DNA from: Armatimonadota bacterium
Lineage (GTDB): Bacteria; Armatimonadota; SYMT01
Direction of reading: 5' to 3'
Assembly (NCBI GenBank): GCA_041690135.1
Contig: JAWLHY010000003.1
Location: 480,001-544,000 of the forward strand
DNA length: 64,000 bases
Position 1 is the stretch's first letter. The number at the start of each line of letters is the position of its first letter. The notes beneath the pieces are model-generated. The model saw only the letters and a program-made list of their open reading frames with translations. It had not been told where the DNA came from and did not search any database. This document shows positions 29,708-40,606 of this stretch, piece by piece. Position numbers and translations under genes: made by a program.

Positions 29708-30537
29708 GGGGATCCTCCTCGGTCGTGCGGGTCGGTTCTCGCCTCCCTATACCCACGGAGCTCTCCGCGCAAGGCCCGAATCTCCTGCCGGAGTTCCTCG
29801 ATCTGGGCCGTTCCCGCCATCTCCGTATCCGCGCGCTCGGCATCCCGGCCGATGAAGAAGGTGGCCAGGGTGGCGGTGACGTAGCCGAACACCCCCACGG
29901 CGTACATGGAGAGCAGGAAACAGAGGAAACGGCCTTCTGCCGATTTCGGCCAGTACTCCGATCCGAGAGTGGTCATGAGCATCGCGGTCCACCACACCGC
30001 ATCCGCATAGCTCCGGAACCCGCCGTCCGGCACCCCCGCCTCCAGGGCGTACATGGCGGCGCCTCCCGCCATGACGATCGCTACGGTGAGGATGGAAACA
30101 TAGCCGAAGCCGCGGCGACCCAGGGTGGCTCGCAGCGCGCGCATCCCCCGGTTGAGCGAGGTAAACAGCCGGAAGAGACGCACCCCGCGAGCGGCCCGCG
30201 CGGCCCGCAAAAGACGGAGGGCGCGTACCACCCGGAACACACGCAACGCCGGCAACAGGAGGGCGAGAGCGGTGAGCCAGCTCTCCTTGAGGTACGCGAG
30301 CTTGTTCGGCGCGATGATCAGCTTGAGACCGAAGTCCACCACGAACACGCCCCAGATGGTGGTCCCGATCTGCTCGAGAAAGGGGTTGATCCCCCAGACC
30401 AACTCGACCACCAGCAGGGCCAGCCAGACGAAGCCGAGGACGACCATCGGGGTTTCGAGCCAGTCCTCCAGCTCGTGAAGCAGTTCCAGGCGCTCGCGCT
30501 CGGTACGCCTCTCCGCCGCCCTCCGACTGTCTTGCAT
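29704..30537 (-). CDS. Ion transporter / voltage-gated channel-like protein
   Basis: TM helices, Arg-rich S4-like segment LRVFRVVRALRLLR, pore region DAVWWTAMLMTTLGSEYWP; stop overlaps the MBL start (ATGA). Confidence 0.85.
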   Translation of the reverse strand: MQDSRRAAERRTERERLELLHELEDWLETPMVVLGFVWLALLVVELVWGINPFLEQIGTTIWGVFVVDFGLKLIIAPNKLAYLKESWLTALALLLPALRVFRVVRALRLLRAARAARGVRLFRLFTSLNRGMRALRATLGRRGFGYVSILTVAIVMAGGAAMYALEAGVPDGGFRSYADAVWWTAMLMTTLGSEYWPKSAEGRFLCFLLSMYAVGVFGYVTATLATFFIGRDAERADTEMAGTAQIEELRQEIRALRGELRGYREARTDPHDRGGSP

Positions 30538-30716
30538 CTCCGGAATTCGCGTCTCCCTCTCCCACGGCCGCCGCCCTTCAGGCATTCCCCGTGTGCTGAC
30601 CGGCAAAACGCCTGCCCGTTTGGGAAACTCCCCCTGGTCACCGGCGGGGTTTCGTCTGCCCGTTTTGCTGGGGAACGCAGAACCGTTGGGCAGGCTCGCG
30701 CAAGGGGAGGTCATCC

Positions 30717-32225
30717 GTGCAACACGCCGATTCCGAACACCCGCATTCGCGCGGAAACACAGGTACTCCGGCACATGGTCCCGGCGGAGCGGAATCGCCA
30801 CGGGGCCGGCACGGCGAGGAGGGGGAACACGATCCGGTGGAAATGACCCGGCGGATGCGCCGGCCGTGGATCTGGACGAACTTCCTGAACGCGATCCTCG
30901 GAATCTGGTTGCTCACCAGCCCCTGGACTTTCGGCTATCGAAACGCCGGGATGACCTGGAGCGACGGCGTGAGCGGCGCGCTGATCTGTCTTTTCTCCCT
31001 GATGGCGCTCTGGCCGCGCCTGGACACGATCGGCCGGTGGTCGGCCTGCCTCGTGGGGATCTGGCTGCAGTTCGCGCCCCTGGTGTTCTGGGCGGATACC
31101 GCCGCGGCTTACATTACCGACACCCTGGTCGGCTCGCTGGTTATTGCCTTCTCGATCCTGGTACCGATGATGCCGGGCATGGCCCACCACATGGAGATGG
31201 AGAAGCCGGGGCCGGTGGTGCCTCCGGGCTGGAGCTATAACCCCTCCAGTTGGCCGCAGCGAGCGCCCCTGATCCTGACCGCCGTGGCGGGCTGGTTCGT
31301 TTCCCGCTACCTCGCGGCCTACCAGTTGGGCTATATCGACCGGGCGTGGGACCCCTTCTTCGGTGACAGTACCGTCCGGGTGTTGACCTCTGACGTTTCG
31401 AGGGCCTGGCCGATTTCCGATGCCGGATTGGGGGCTTTTGCCTACACCTTCGAGGCGCTGATGGCTTTCATGGGCGGCCCGCGCCGCTGGCGCACCATGC
31501 CCTGGATGGTCACCTTCTTCGGAATTCTCGTGATCCCTCTTGGCCTGGTGCACATCACCCTGGTCATCATGCAGCCGGTGATGGTCGGTCACTGGTGCAC
31601 ACTCTGCCTGCTGGCGGCCGGGATCATGCTGGTGATGATCCCGCTCGCCGTGGATGAAGTGGTCGCCATGTGCCAGTTCATGGTGCGGAGCGTGCGGGAG
31701 GGAAAGCCGTTCTGGCGCACCTTCATCGTGGGGGGCACCTTCGAGAATGAAGTGAACAAAGACACGCGGGCGCCCGGGTATGGCGCCCCTGTTGGCGCAC
31801 TGGCTCGCGCCGGCATCTGGGGCGTGAGTTTTCCCGGGACCCTGGTCGCCAGTGCGGGGCTGGGGGCCTGGCTGATGTTCTCTCCGGCCGTGTTCAGTAC
31901 GACCGGGCTGGCAGCGGACAACGCCCACGTGGCAGGCGCCCTCGTAGTCACCGTTTCCGTCATCGTGATGGCGGAAGTGCTGCGCCCGGGGCGCCTTCTG
32001 AACGCACTCCTGGGGATGTGGCTGATCGTCGGCCCCTGGCTGCTGACCGGCGCCGATCTCCCCGCGCGGATCAACAGTGGAGTGGTCGGCGTCGCGCTCT
32101 TGATCCTGAGCCTGCCGCTGGGGCCGGTGCGGGAGCGGTATGGCGGGTGGGATCGTGCCGTTTCCTGGCCCGCGGCGCCGGATCGCGAGGTCGCACGTGG
32201 CCGCCGGCGGAGCGCCGCTACGTAG
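30717..32225 (+). CDS. Vitamin K epoxide reductase family protein with SPW repeats
   Basis: LGIWLLTSPW repeat; VKOR core VLTS...SDAGLG and CxxC HWCTLC; GGAGG before GTG. Confidence 0.85.
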   Translation: MQHADSEHPHSRGNTGTPAHGPGGAESPRGRHGEEGEHDPVEMTRRMRRPWIWTNFLNAILGIWLLTSPWTFGYRNAGMTWSDGVSGALICLFSLMALWPRLDTIGRWSACLVGIWLQFAPLVFWADTAAAYITDTLVGSLVIAFSILVPMMPGMAHHMEMEKPGPVVPPGWSYNPSSWPQRAPLILTAVAGWFVSRYLAAYQLGYIDRAWDPFFGDSTVRVLTSDVSRAWPISDAGLGAFAYTFEALMAFMGGPRRWRTMPWMVTFFGILVIPLGLVHITLVIMQPVMVGHWCTLCLLAAGIMLVMIPLAVDEVVAMCQFMVRSVREGKPFWRTFIVGGTFENEVNKDTRAPGYGAPVGALARAGIWGVSFPGTLVASAGLGAWLMFSPAVFSTTGLAADNAHVAGALVVTVSVIVMAEVLRPGRLLNALLGMWLIVGPWLLTGADLPARINSGVVGVALLILSLPLGPVRERYGGWDRAVSWPAAPDREVARGRRRSAAT

Positions 32226-32370
32226 TAACGCGTCGGACGTCAGGTGGGGGTGCCGGTTTGGGTCGCTCGACGCGGCGGGGACAAGGTCAACGGGAACCGG
32301 TTCCTCAGTCACATGGTACCGCCCGTGCCCCGTTTCCAGGAGAACTACCGTGCTAGGAGAACGAGAAGGC

Positions 32371-32733
32371 ATGGGGCCGATCCCCGCCGTCTGGGCCAGT
32401 TCGCTCAACGTGATCGCCGGGCTCTGGTTGATCCTGGCCCCGTTCATTCTCGGCTACAGCGACTTTGCTCCAGCCTTCTGGAACGACGTGATCGTGGGGG
32501 TGCTCATCCTGGCCTCAGCGTTCGCGGCTACCCGCACCTATTCGCCGAACCCAAGCTGGATGAACGTGGTCCTGGGGGTGTGGCTGATCCTGGCCCCGTT
32601 CATGCTGAACTACGACGGTTACCGCGCCGCGCTGGCGAACGACCTGTGCGTGGGTCTCCTTGTCGGTATCCTCGCCCTCCTGGCGGCACTCGCCAAGGCG
32701 CCCCTCACGCGAGGGAGGGCCACCGGGATGTAG
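32371..32733 (+). CDS. SPW repeat membrane protein
   Basis: Two GxWLILAPF repeats, each followed by an ND-containing helix. Confidence 0.8.
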   Translation: MGPIPAVWASSLNVIAGLWLILAPFILGYSDFAPAFWNDVIVGVLILASAFAATRTYSPNPSWMNVVLGVWLILAPFMLNYDGYRAALANDLCVGLLVGILALLAALAKAPLTRGRATGM

Positions 32734-32829
32734 CCGGCTGTTCGGCGAGCGCGCAATTCTACCGATCCGCCGGTACCCCGACCTTACCACCGGCCGGCGC
32801 CTTTCCGCTCGGGGAGAGCGTGTTGGCGA

Positions 32830-33016
32830 GGCATCGCCTTCCATCCCCTTCATCCCTCGCGGACGAACGCGTCGACCGCGTCCGCGTGGCCCTGAATCAG
32901 CTTCACCAAGTACGGCCCTTCGACGTCTCGACGACCCGAAGCCCGTCCTGCAGTTCTTCACCCCGGACGTCGATCTGATCCGCCTGGCGGAAGAGCTCCA
33001 CGAACAGAGGGACACT
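32830..33016 (-). pseudogene. Frameshifted fragment of an uncharacterised protein family
   Basis: Joins across two frameshifts to PLFVELFRQADQIDVRGEELQDGLRVVETSK/PYLVKLIQGHADAVDAFVRE/GMKGM; family recalled from memory only. Confidence 0.4.
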
Positions 33017-33026
33017 GGTGTTGGGG

Positions 33027-33075
33027 ATACCCCAGGGGGTATACTGTCTCCGACAACGATACCCGCGGGGAGTAT
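33027..33075. promoter_or_regulatory. Two CsoR-type operators upstream of csoR
   Basis: ATACCCCAGGGGGTAT (33027-33042) overlapping a TATACT -10, and ATACCCGCGGGGAGTAT (33059-33075). Confidence 0.8.
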
Positions 33076-33104
33076 GAGATGGGCGGGGAAAAAGGAGAGA
33101 AGGA

Positions 33105-33368
33105 ATGCTACCGGAAGTGAAAAAAGACGCGACCCGCCGGATCAACCGGATCGCCGGTCAGATCGGCGGGGTCCAGAAAATGATCGAGGAGGAGCGCTAC
33201 TGCGTCGATGTCCTCAACCAGATCGCCGCCGTCCGCTCGGCGCTCGATCAACTCGGGGTCCAGCTCCTGACCGGGCACCTCGAAAGCTGTGTGCTGGGCG
33301 CGGACGAATGCAAGCACCATGACCTACTGGAAGAGGTCCGGGTGTCGCTCTCCCGATTCCTGAAATGA
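33105..33368 (+). CDS. csoR: Copper-sensing repressor CsoR
   Basis: RINRIAGQIGGVQKMIEEERYCVDVLNQ...GHLESC carries the C-H-C Cu(I) fingerprint; next to cop genes. Confidence 0.9.
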   Translation: MLPEVKKDATRRINRIAGQIGGVQKMIEEERYCVDVLNQIAAVRSALDQLGVQLLTGHLESCVLGADECKHHDLLEEVRVSLSRFLK

Positions 33369-33498
33369 GCCAGCGGCCAGGCCCCGGCTGGGCGAGTGAG
33401 CTCGCGCCTACAAACAGCAAAGCCTGCACCCCCCTCGGGGCGTAAACCTACGCAGGCTAACGAGGGGCAGCGACTATGCTCCGAAGGCTCAAGGCCCT

Positions 33499-33909
33499 AT
33501 GCAAAATGTTGATGAGCTTTTCGCACGGCTGCGGGAGTCGGAGTTCCGGCAGCGGTTCCAACTCCGCGCCCGGGAGCGGGAATACCTGGAGCGCAAGGGC
33601 CTTCCCGAGGTCCTCGAGCACGCGGCCCGCTTCATCGAGCAGCGCCTGGCGCCGGCGTCTCCGGCGAACGACGGCAAGCAGACGCCCTACCGGAACCACC
33701 CCGTATTCGTGGCCCAACACGCCACCGCCACCTGCTGTCGCGGCTGCCTGGAGAAGTGGCACGGCATCTCCCGGGGCCGGGAGCTTTCCGCCGAGGAGAA
33801 AGTGCACATCCTGGCCGTCCTCGAACGCTGGCTGACTTCGGAGTCAGGTAGGCGCGACACCACTGGTCTAGAGGGAGCTGGGGTTCAGGAGGGTGAACCG
33901 GCGGCGTGA
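33499..33909 (+). CDS. DUF4186 family protein
   Basis: NDGKQTP, HPVFVAQHATATCCRGCLEKWH. Confidence 0.85.
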   Translation: MQNVDELFARLRESEFRQRFQLRAREREYLERKGLPEVLEHAARFIEQRLAPASPANDGKQTPYRNHPVFVAQHATATCCRGCLEKWHGISRGRELSAEEKVHILAVLERWLTSESGRRDTTGLEGAGVQEGEPAA

Positions 33910-33914
33910 GGCCC

Positions 33915-33998
33915 GCTGCGTGCTGCGTGCTGCGTATTCCGAACCTTCGGTTCCAGAGTGGGTGTGGTGAACTGAACGCGAACCGGAACCCGCGAAAC
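33915..33998. repeat. 7-bp repeat tract with degenerate opposing arm
   Basis: gctgcgtgctgcgtgctgcgtattccg (33915-33941); aacgcgaaccggaacccgcgaaac near 33975-33998. Confidence 0.55.
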
Positions 33999-34031
33999 CA
34001 ACTCCTGGTGGATTTCTGTTGCTCGGGGGTG

Positions 34032-34086
34032 TTGTCTAATATACCCCCAGGGGGTAATATAGCAGCAAGATACCCATAGGGGGTAT
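34032..34086 (+). promoter_or_regulatory. cop operon promoter with two CsoR operators
   Basis: TTGTCT (34032)-17 bp-TAATAT (34055); ATACCCCCAGGGGGTA in the spacer and ATACCCATAGGGGGTAT at 34070-34086. Confidence 0.85.
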
Positions 34087-34130
34087 ATTCATCTGGGGGC
34101 GCCGGAAAGTGGCGTCGGGAGAAAGCTGCG

Positions 34131-34358
34131 ATGGAGCGACAGGAAGTGCGGACGGTGACGCTGGGAGTGGGGGGCATGGGTTGCGCGGGATGCGCGGCCA
34201 GCATCGAGCGCCTGTTGCGGGAGGCGGAGGGCGTGCGCACCGCACAGGTGAGCTTTGAACGCGCGGAAGCGGTGGTGGAGATCGATCCCGCCCGGATCGA
34301 CCGGGAGGCCGTGGGTGCCCTGCTGGTCGAAGCCGGGTATACGGTGCCTGGGAGTTAG
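34131..34358 (+). CDS. copZ: Heavy-metal-associated copper chaperone (CopZ-like)
   Basis: 75 aa with GMGCAGC HMA motif. Confidence 0.85.
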   Translation: MERQEVRTVTLGVGGMGCAGCAASIERLLREAEGVRTAQVSFERAEAVVEIDPARIDREAVGALLVEAGYTVPGS

Positions 34359-34369
34359 GGGAGGGAAAG

Positions 34370-34762
34370 ATGGATACGGCGGAAATCTTCGTGACCCTGG
34401 GCGGGGTGGCGGCCATCGCCGGGGTGATCTGGTACTTCTTTCTGGGCGAGCGGGCCCAGGCACGCGCCGCGGTCGGCGCCGGGGGAATCCAGGAGATCCA
34501 GGTCCGGGTTAAGGGCGGCTACGACCCGGACGTGATCGTGGTGGAGAAGAATCGCCCGGTGCGCCTCGACTTTTACCGAGACGAGACCGCGGCGTGCTCC
34601 GATACGGTGGTCTTCGGGGACTTCGGCATTGCCCGACCGCTGCCGGCGTTCAAGACCACGCCCGTGGAGTTCACGCCGGACCGGGCGGGGGAGTTTACCT
34701 TTACCTGCGGCATGAACATGATGCGCGGCAAGTTGATCGTGGAAGAACGGAACGGGGGATAG
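34370..34762 (+). CDS. Membrane-anchored cupredoxin-domain protein (CupA-like)
   Basis: N-terminal TM; KGGYDP, AACSD, FTCGMNMMRG. Confidence 0.88.
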   Translation: MDTAEIFVTLGGVAAIAGVIWYFFLGERAQARAAVGAGGIQEIQVRVKGGYDPDVIVVEKNRPVRLDFYRDETAACSDTVVFGDFGIARPLPAFKTTPVEFTPDRAGEFTFTCGMNMMRGKLIVEERNGG

Positions 34763-34765
34763 TCG

Positions 34766-37405
<2,640 letters not shown>

Positions 37406-37462
37406 TACCGCGGTCGCGCCCGCCAATGGGAGACTGCTGGAGATTGATTAAGCCCCGTTGCG

Positions 37463-37507
37463 GAGCCCCGAGGTTTAGCTCGGGGCTCATTTCTTCATCT
37501 TTTCTTT
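37463..37507 (+). terminator. Rho-independent terminator after copA
   Basis: GAGCCCCGAG-gtttag-CTCGGGGCTC followed by a T-rich tract. Confidence 0.7.
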
Positions 37508-37628
37508 ACTTCCCGGTCGTCCAACAGGTATCCGCCTCCGGAACGCCGCGCGCTTTCCGGCGCGTAGACGTTCGATGGCACTGGAAGCGGCAATGTCGCC
37601 TCCGATACCTGCTGCCGATAGGGATCCC

Positions 37629-40514
37629 ATGCAGTCTCATCCCCCTTTCCGGCCCCCCTGGGCCCTGTGGTTCTTCTGCCTGCTGCTGCTCATGCCGGCG
37701 CTCTCCCTGGGTGCCTGGGCTCAAGCCAGCACGCAAACTCCCCGGTTCGTGAAACCGGTCCCGCCGCCTACCCAGGTCGGCGAGTTGCTGCGCGCGCAGG
37801 TTGTGCAGACGGGCAGCCTGATCCGGGTGGAAGAAGCGCGCCGGGTCTACAGCGTCGACGGCGACGGCCTTACGGCGGCGGTGCTGGACACGGGGATCCG
37901 AGCGACGCACCGGGACTTCGCCGGCAAGGTGGTGGCGCAGGTCAACTACACCAGCAACAACGGGGGAAATACGAGCAACGCGGCGGACGGCGACGGGCAC
38001 GGCACGCACGTGTCCGGCATCATCGCGGCGAGCGGGGTGCACACCGGCATGGCGCCGGGGGCGCGGATCGCAGCGCTCAAGGTCCTGGACAACACCGGCA
38101 GCGGCACCTTCGACGAGATCTCGGACGGGCTTGCGTGGGTAATCGCCAACCGCCGGACGTACAACATCACGGTAGTGAACATGTCGCTGGGCGATGGCGG
38201 CAACTACCGGTCGATGGCTTCGGACACGCTTCGCTCGCGTCTCCAGACGCTCCGTAATGCCGGGGTGGCGGTCTGCATGGCGGCGGGAAACGACTTCTAC
38301 GGCCATGGCAGCGTTCAGGGCATGAGCTATCCGGCGGTGTTCCCGGAGAGCGTGAGCGTGGGCGCGGTGTACGATGGGAATATCGGGGGCTTCACGTATG
38401 GCGATGGCGCCCGGGCAAATAGCACGGGGCCGGACCGCATCTGCCCCTTCTCTCAGCGGCTGCACGAGAGCGTGGCCGCCACCACCCGGACCGATATCCT
38501 CGCACCTGGAGCGGCGATCACTTCGAGCGGCATCTCCGGCGACAGCAGTTCCGCGACGTCGCACGGTACCAGCCAGGCGACCCCGGTGGTGGCCGGCGTG
38601 ATCCTGCTGATGCAGCAGTTTTACCAGCAGCAGATGGGCTCGCTGCCCTCGGTCGATCAGCTGGAGCGGTGGTTCCGCGCGGGCTCCGTCGCCAACATCG
38701 ACGGGGACAACGAGGACGACAACGTCAGCAACACCGGCCTGAGCTTCCCGCGGATCGACGCCGTGGCGGCGATGCAGGCGCTGGAGCGGGACCTCAACAC
38801 CGGCTACAGCATCAGCGGCACCGTGACAGTGAACGGCGTGGGCCTTTCCGGGGTGACGCTCTCCGGCGGTGGCAAGACCACAACCACCTCCAGCAACGGA
38901 ACCTACACGCTGACCGGCTTTCCGTCCGGCAACGTGGCGGTCACGGCGTCCCGCAGCGGTTACACCTTCTCGCCCGCGAGCCGCACCGTTACCCTCGGCC
39001 CCAACGCGTCCGGCATCAACTTCACCGCCAGCCAAACCGCCTTTACACTGATCGGCACGGTGACGGCTGATGGGGTGGGTCTTTCGGGCGTGACGGTAGC
39101 CGCCGGCAACAGCACCACCACCACGGACGCCCAGGGCGAGTACGCGTTTACCAACCTGGGGAGTGGGACTTACACCGTCAGCGCCTCACGCAGCGGCTAC
39201 AGCTTCTCCCCCGCCACCCGCAGCGTGACCCTGGGCCCCGACCGGTCCGGGATCGACTTCACCGGCACGCTCGTGGCGTACTCCGTGAGCGGGAACGTCA
39301 CGCTCGGGGGATCGGGACTAAGCGGCGTAACGGTGAGTGCAGGCGGAAAGACGGCCCTCACGACGAGCAACGGCAGTTACACCTTGACCGGCTTGACGTC
39401 CGGCACCTACAGCGTGAGCGTGGCCCGCTCCGGGTACCGGTTCTCGCCCGCGAGCCGCACCGTGACCGTGGGTCCCAACGCGACCAGCATCGACTTCTCG
39501 GCTGCCCGCTTCGGCTACACCCTGCAAGGGACAGTACGTGCGGGGAACGTGGGGCTTTCGGGAGTGACCGTCAACGCGGGCACGCGTTCGACCACGACGG
39601 ATGCCCAGGGCCGGTACACGCTGGATGAGGTACCCGAGGGAAGCCAGACGATCGTGCCCGTGCGCAGCGGCTACGCGTTCTCTCCGACCTCTACCACGCT
39701 CTCCATCACCGGGGACCGGTCCGGAATAGACTTCACCGCGACGGCATTGACCTACCAGGTGAGCGGCCGTGTTACCCGGGATGGGCAGGGAATTCAGGGA
39801 GTTACCCTGACCACGGGTCCTTTCACCACCAGTACCGATCCCGCGGGCAATTACACCCTGGCGGGCCTGACACCTGGGACCTATACGGTGATCGCGTCCA
39901 TGGCGGGTTACGCCTTCTCCCCGGTCAGCCAGAGTGTGACCGTCGGTCCCTCGCGGACCGGCGTCAACTTCGCCGCCGAGGTGCAGCTTTCGATCCGCGG
40001 CACCGTACGTGCGGATGGCGCCGGGCTCTCCGGAGTGACCGTCACCGGGGGCGGGAAATCGACCACCACGGATACCGGCGGCGCCTTTACCCTCTCGGGG
40101 CTCACGCCGGGCAGCTACACGGTGAAGGCCGTCCGGGAGGGCTATGAGATCACCCCGGCCACGCGGGCGGTGACGCTATCCACGGTCGACCAAGCCGGTA
40201 TCGATTTCACGGCCGGCGCGGTGCCCTATCTGCTGTCGCTGACCCCACGGAGCCCGAGTGTGGCGGCAGGTAGAAACGTGGTCGTCACGGTCGAGTTCAG
40301 CCGCAAGGTATCCAAGCCGACGACGGTCACGCTCTCCAGTAATTCCTCGGTGGTCCTCCTACCTAAACAGGTCCGCGTGCCGAAGAACCGGAATCGGGTG
40401 AGCTTCAAAGTCCGGACCCGCCGCCTCAATGGTGTGGAACGGGTGACGCTGACCGCTGCTTCGGGAGGGGTTTCCCGGCAGGCGACACTCGCCGTGCAGC
40501 CTAGATTGAAGTGA
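37629..40514 (+). CDS. Secreted S8 subtilase with six carboxypeptidase-regulatory-like beta repeats
   Basis: Signal peptide; LDTG, GHGTHVSG, AAGND, GTSQATP intact; six ~79-aa repeats; basic C-terminal beta domain. Confidence 0.9.
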   Translation: MQSHPPFRPPWALWFFCLLLLMPALSLGAWAQASTQTPRFVKPVPPPTQVGELLRAQVVQTGSLIRVEEARRVYSVDGDGLTAAVLDTGIRATHRDFAGKVVAQVNYTSNNGGNTSNAADGDGHGTHVSGIIAASGVHTGMAPGARIAALKVLDNTGSGTFDEISDGLAWVIANRRTYNITVVNMSLGDGGNYRSMASDTLRSRLQTLRNAGVAVCMAAGNDFYGHGSVQGMSYPAVFPESVSVGAVYDGNIGGFTYGDGARANSTGPDRICPFSQRLHESVAATTRTDILAPGAAITSSGISGDSSSATSHGTSQATPVVAGVILLMQQFYQQQMGSLPSVDQLERWFRAGSVANIDGDNEDDNVSNTGLSFPRIDAVAAMQALERDLNTGYSISGTVTVNGVGLSGVTLSGGGKTTTTSSNGTYTLTGFPSGNVAVTASRSGYTFSPASRTVTLGPNASGINFTASQTAFTLIGTVTADGVGLSGVTVAAGNSTTTTDAQGEYAFTNLGSGTYTVSASRSGYSFSPATRSVTLGPDRSGIDFTGTLVAYSVSGNVTLGGSGLSGVTVSAGGKTALTTSNGSYTLTGLTSGTYSVSVARSGYRFSPASRTVTVGPNATSIDFSAARFGYTLQGTVRAGNVGLSGVTVNAGTRSTTTDAQGRYTLDEVPEGSQTIVPVRSGYAFSPTSTTLSITGDRSGIDFTATALTYQVSGRVTRDGQGIQGVTLTTGPFTTSTDPAGNYTLAGLTPGTYTVIASMAGYAFSPVSQSVTVGPSRTGVNFAAEVQLSIRGTVRADGAGLSGVTVTGGGKSTTTDTGGAFTLSGLTPGSYTVKAVREGYEITPATRAVTLSTVDQAGIDFTAGAVPYLLSLTPRSPSVAAGRNVVVTVEFSRKVSKPTTVTLSSNSSVVLLPKQVRVPKNRNRVSFKVRTRRLNGVERVTLTAASGGVSRQATLAVQPRLK

Positions 40515-40606
40515 AATCATCATAAACTATTCTTAAAGGTTTCTCGTAAGTCTTCCTGGCGTTCCGCGGGTTCCTTGACCCGCCCGATCCCCAACCCGAG
40601 GAAGAC

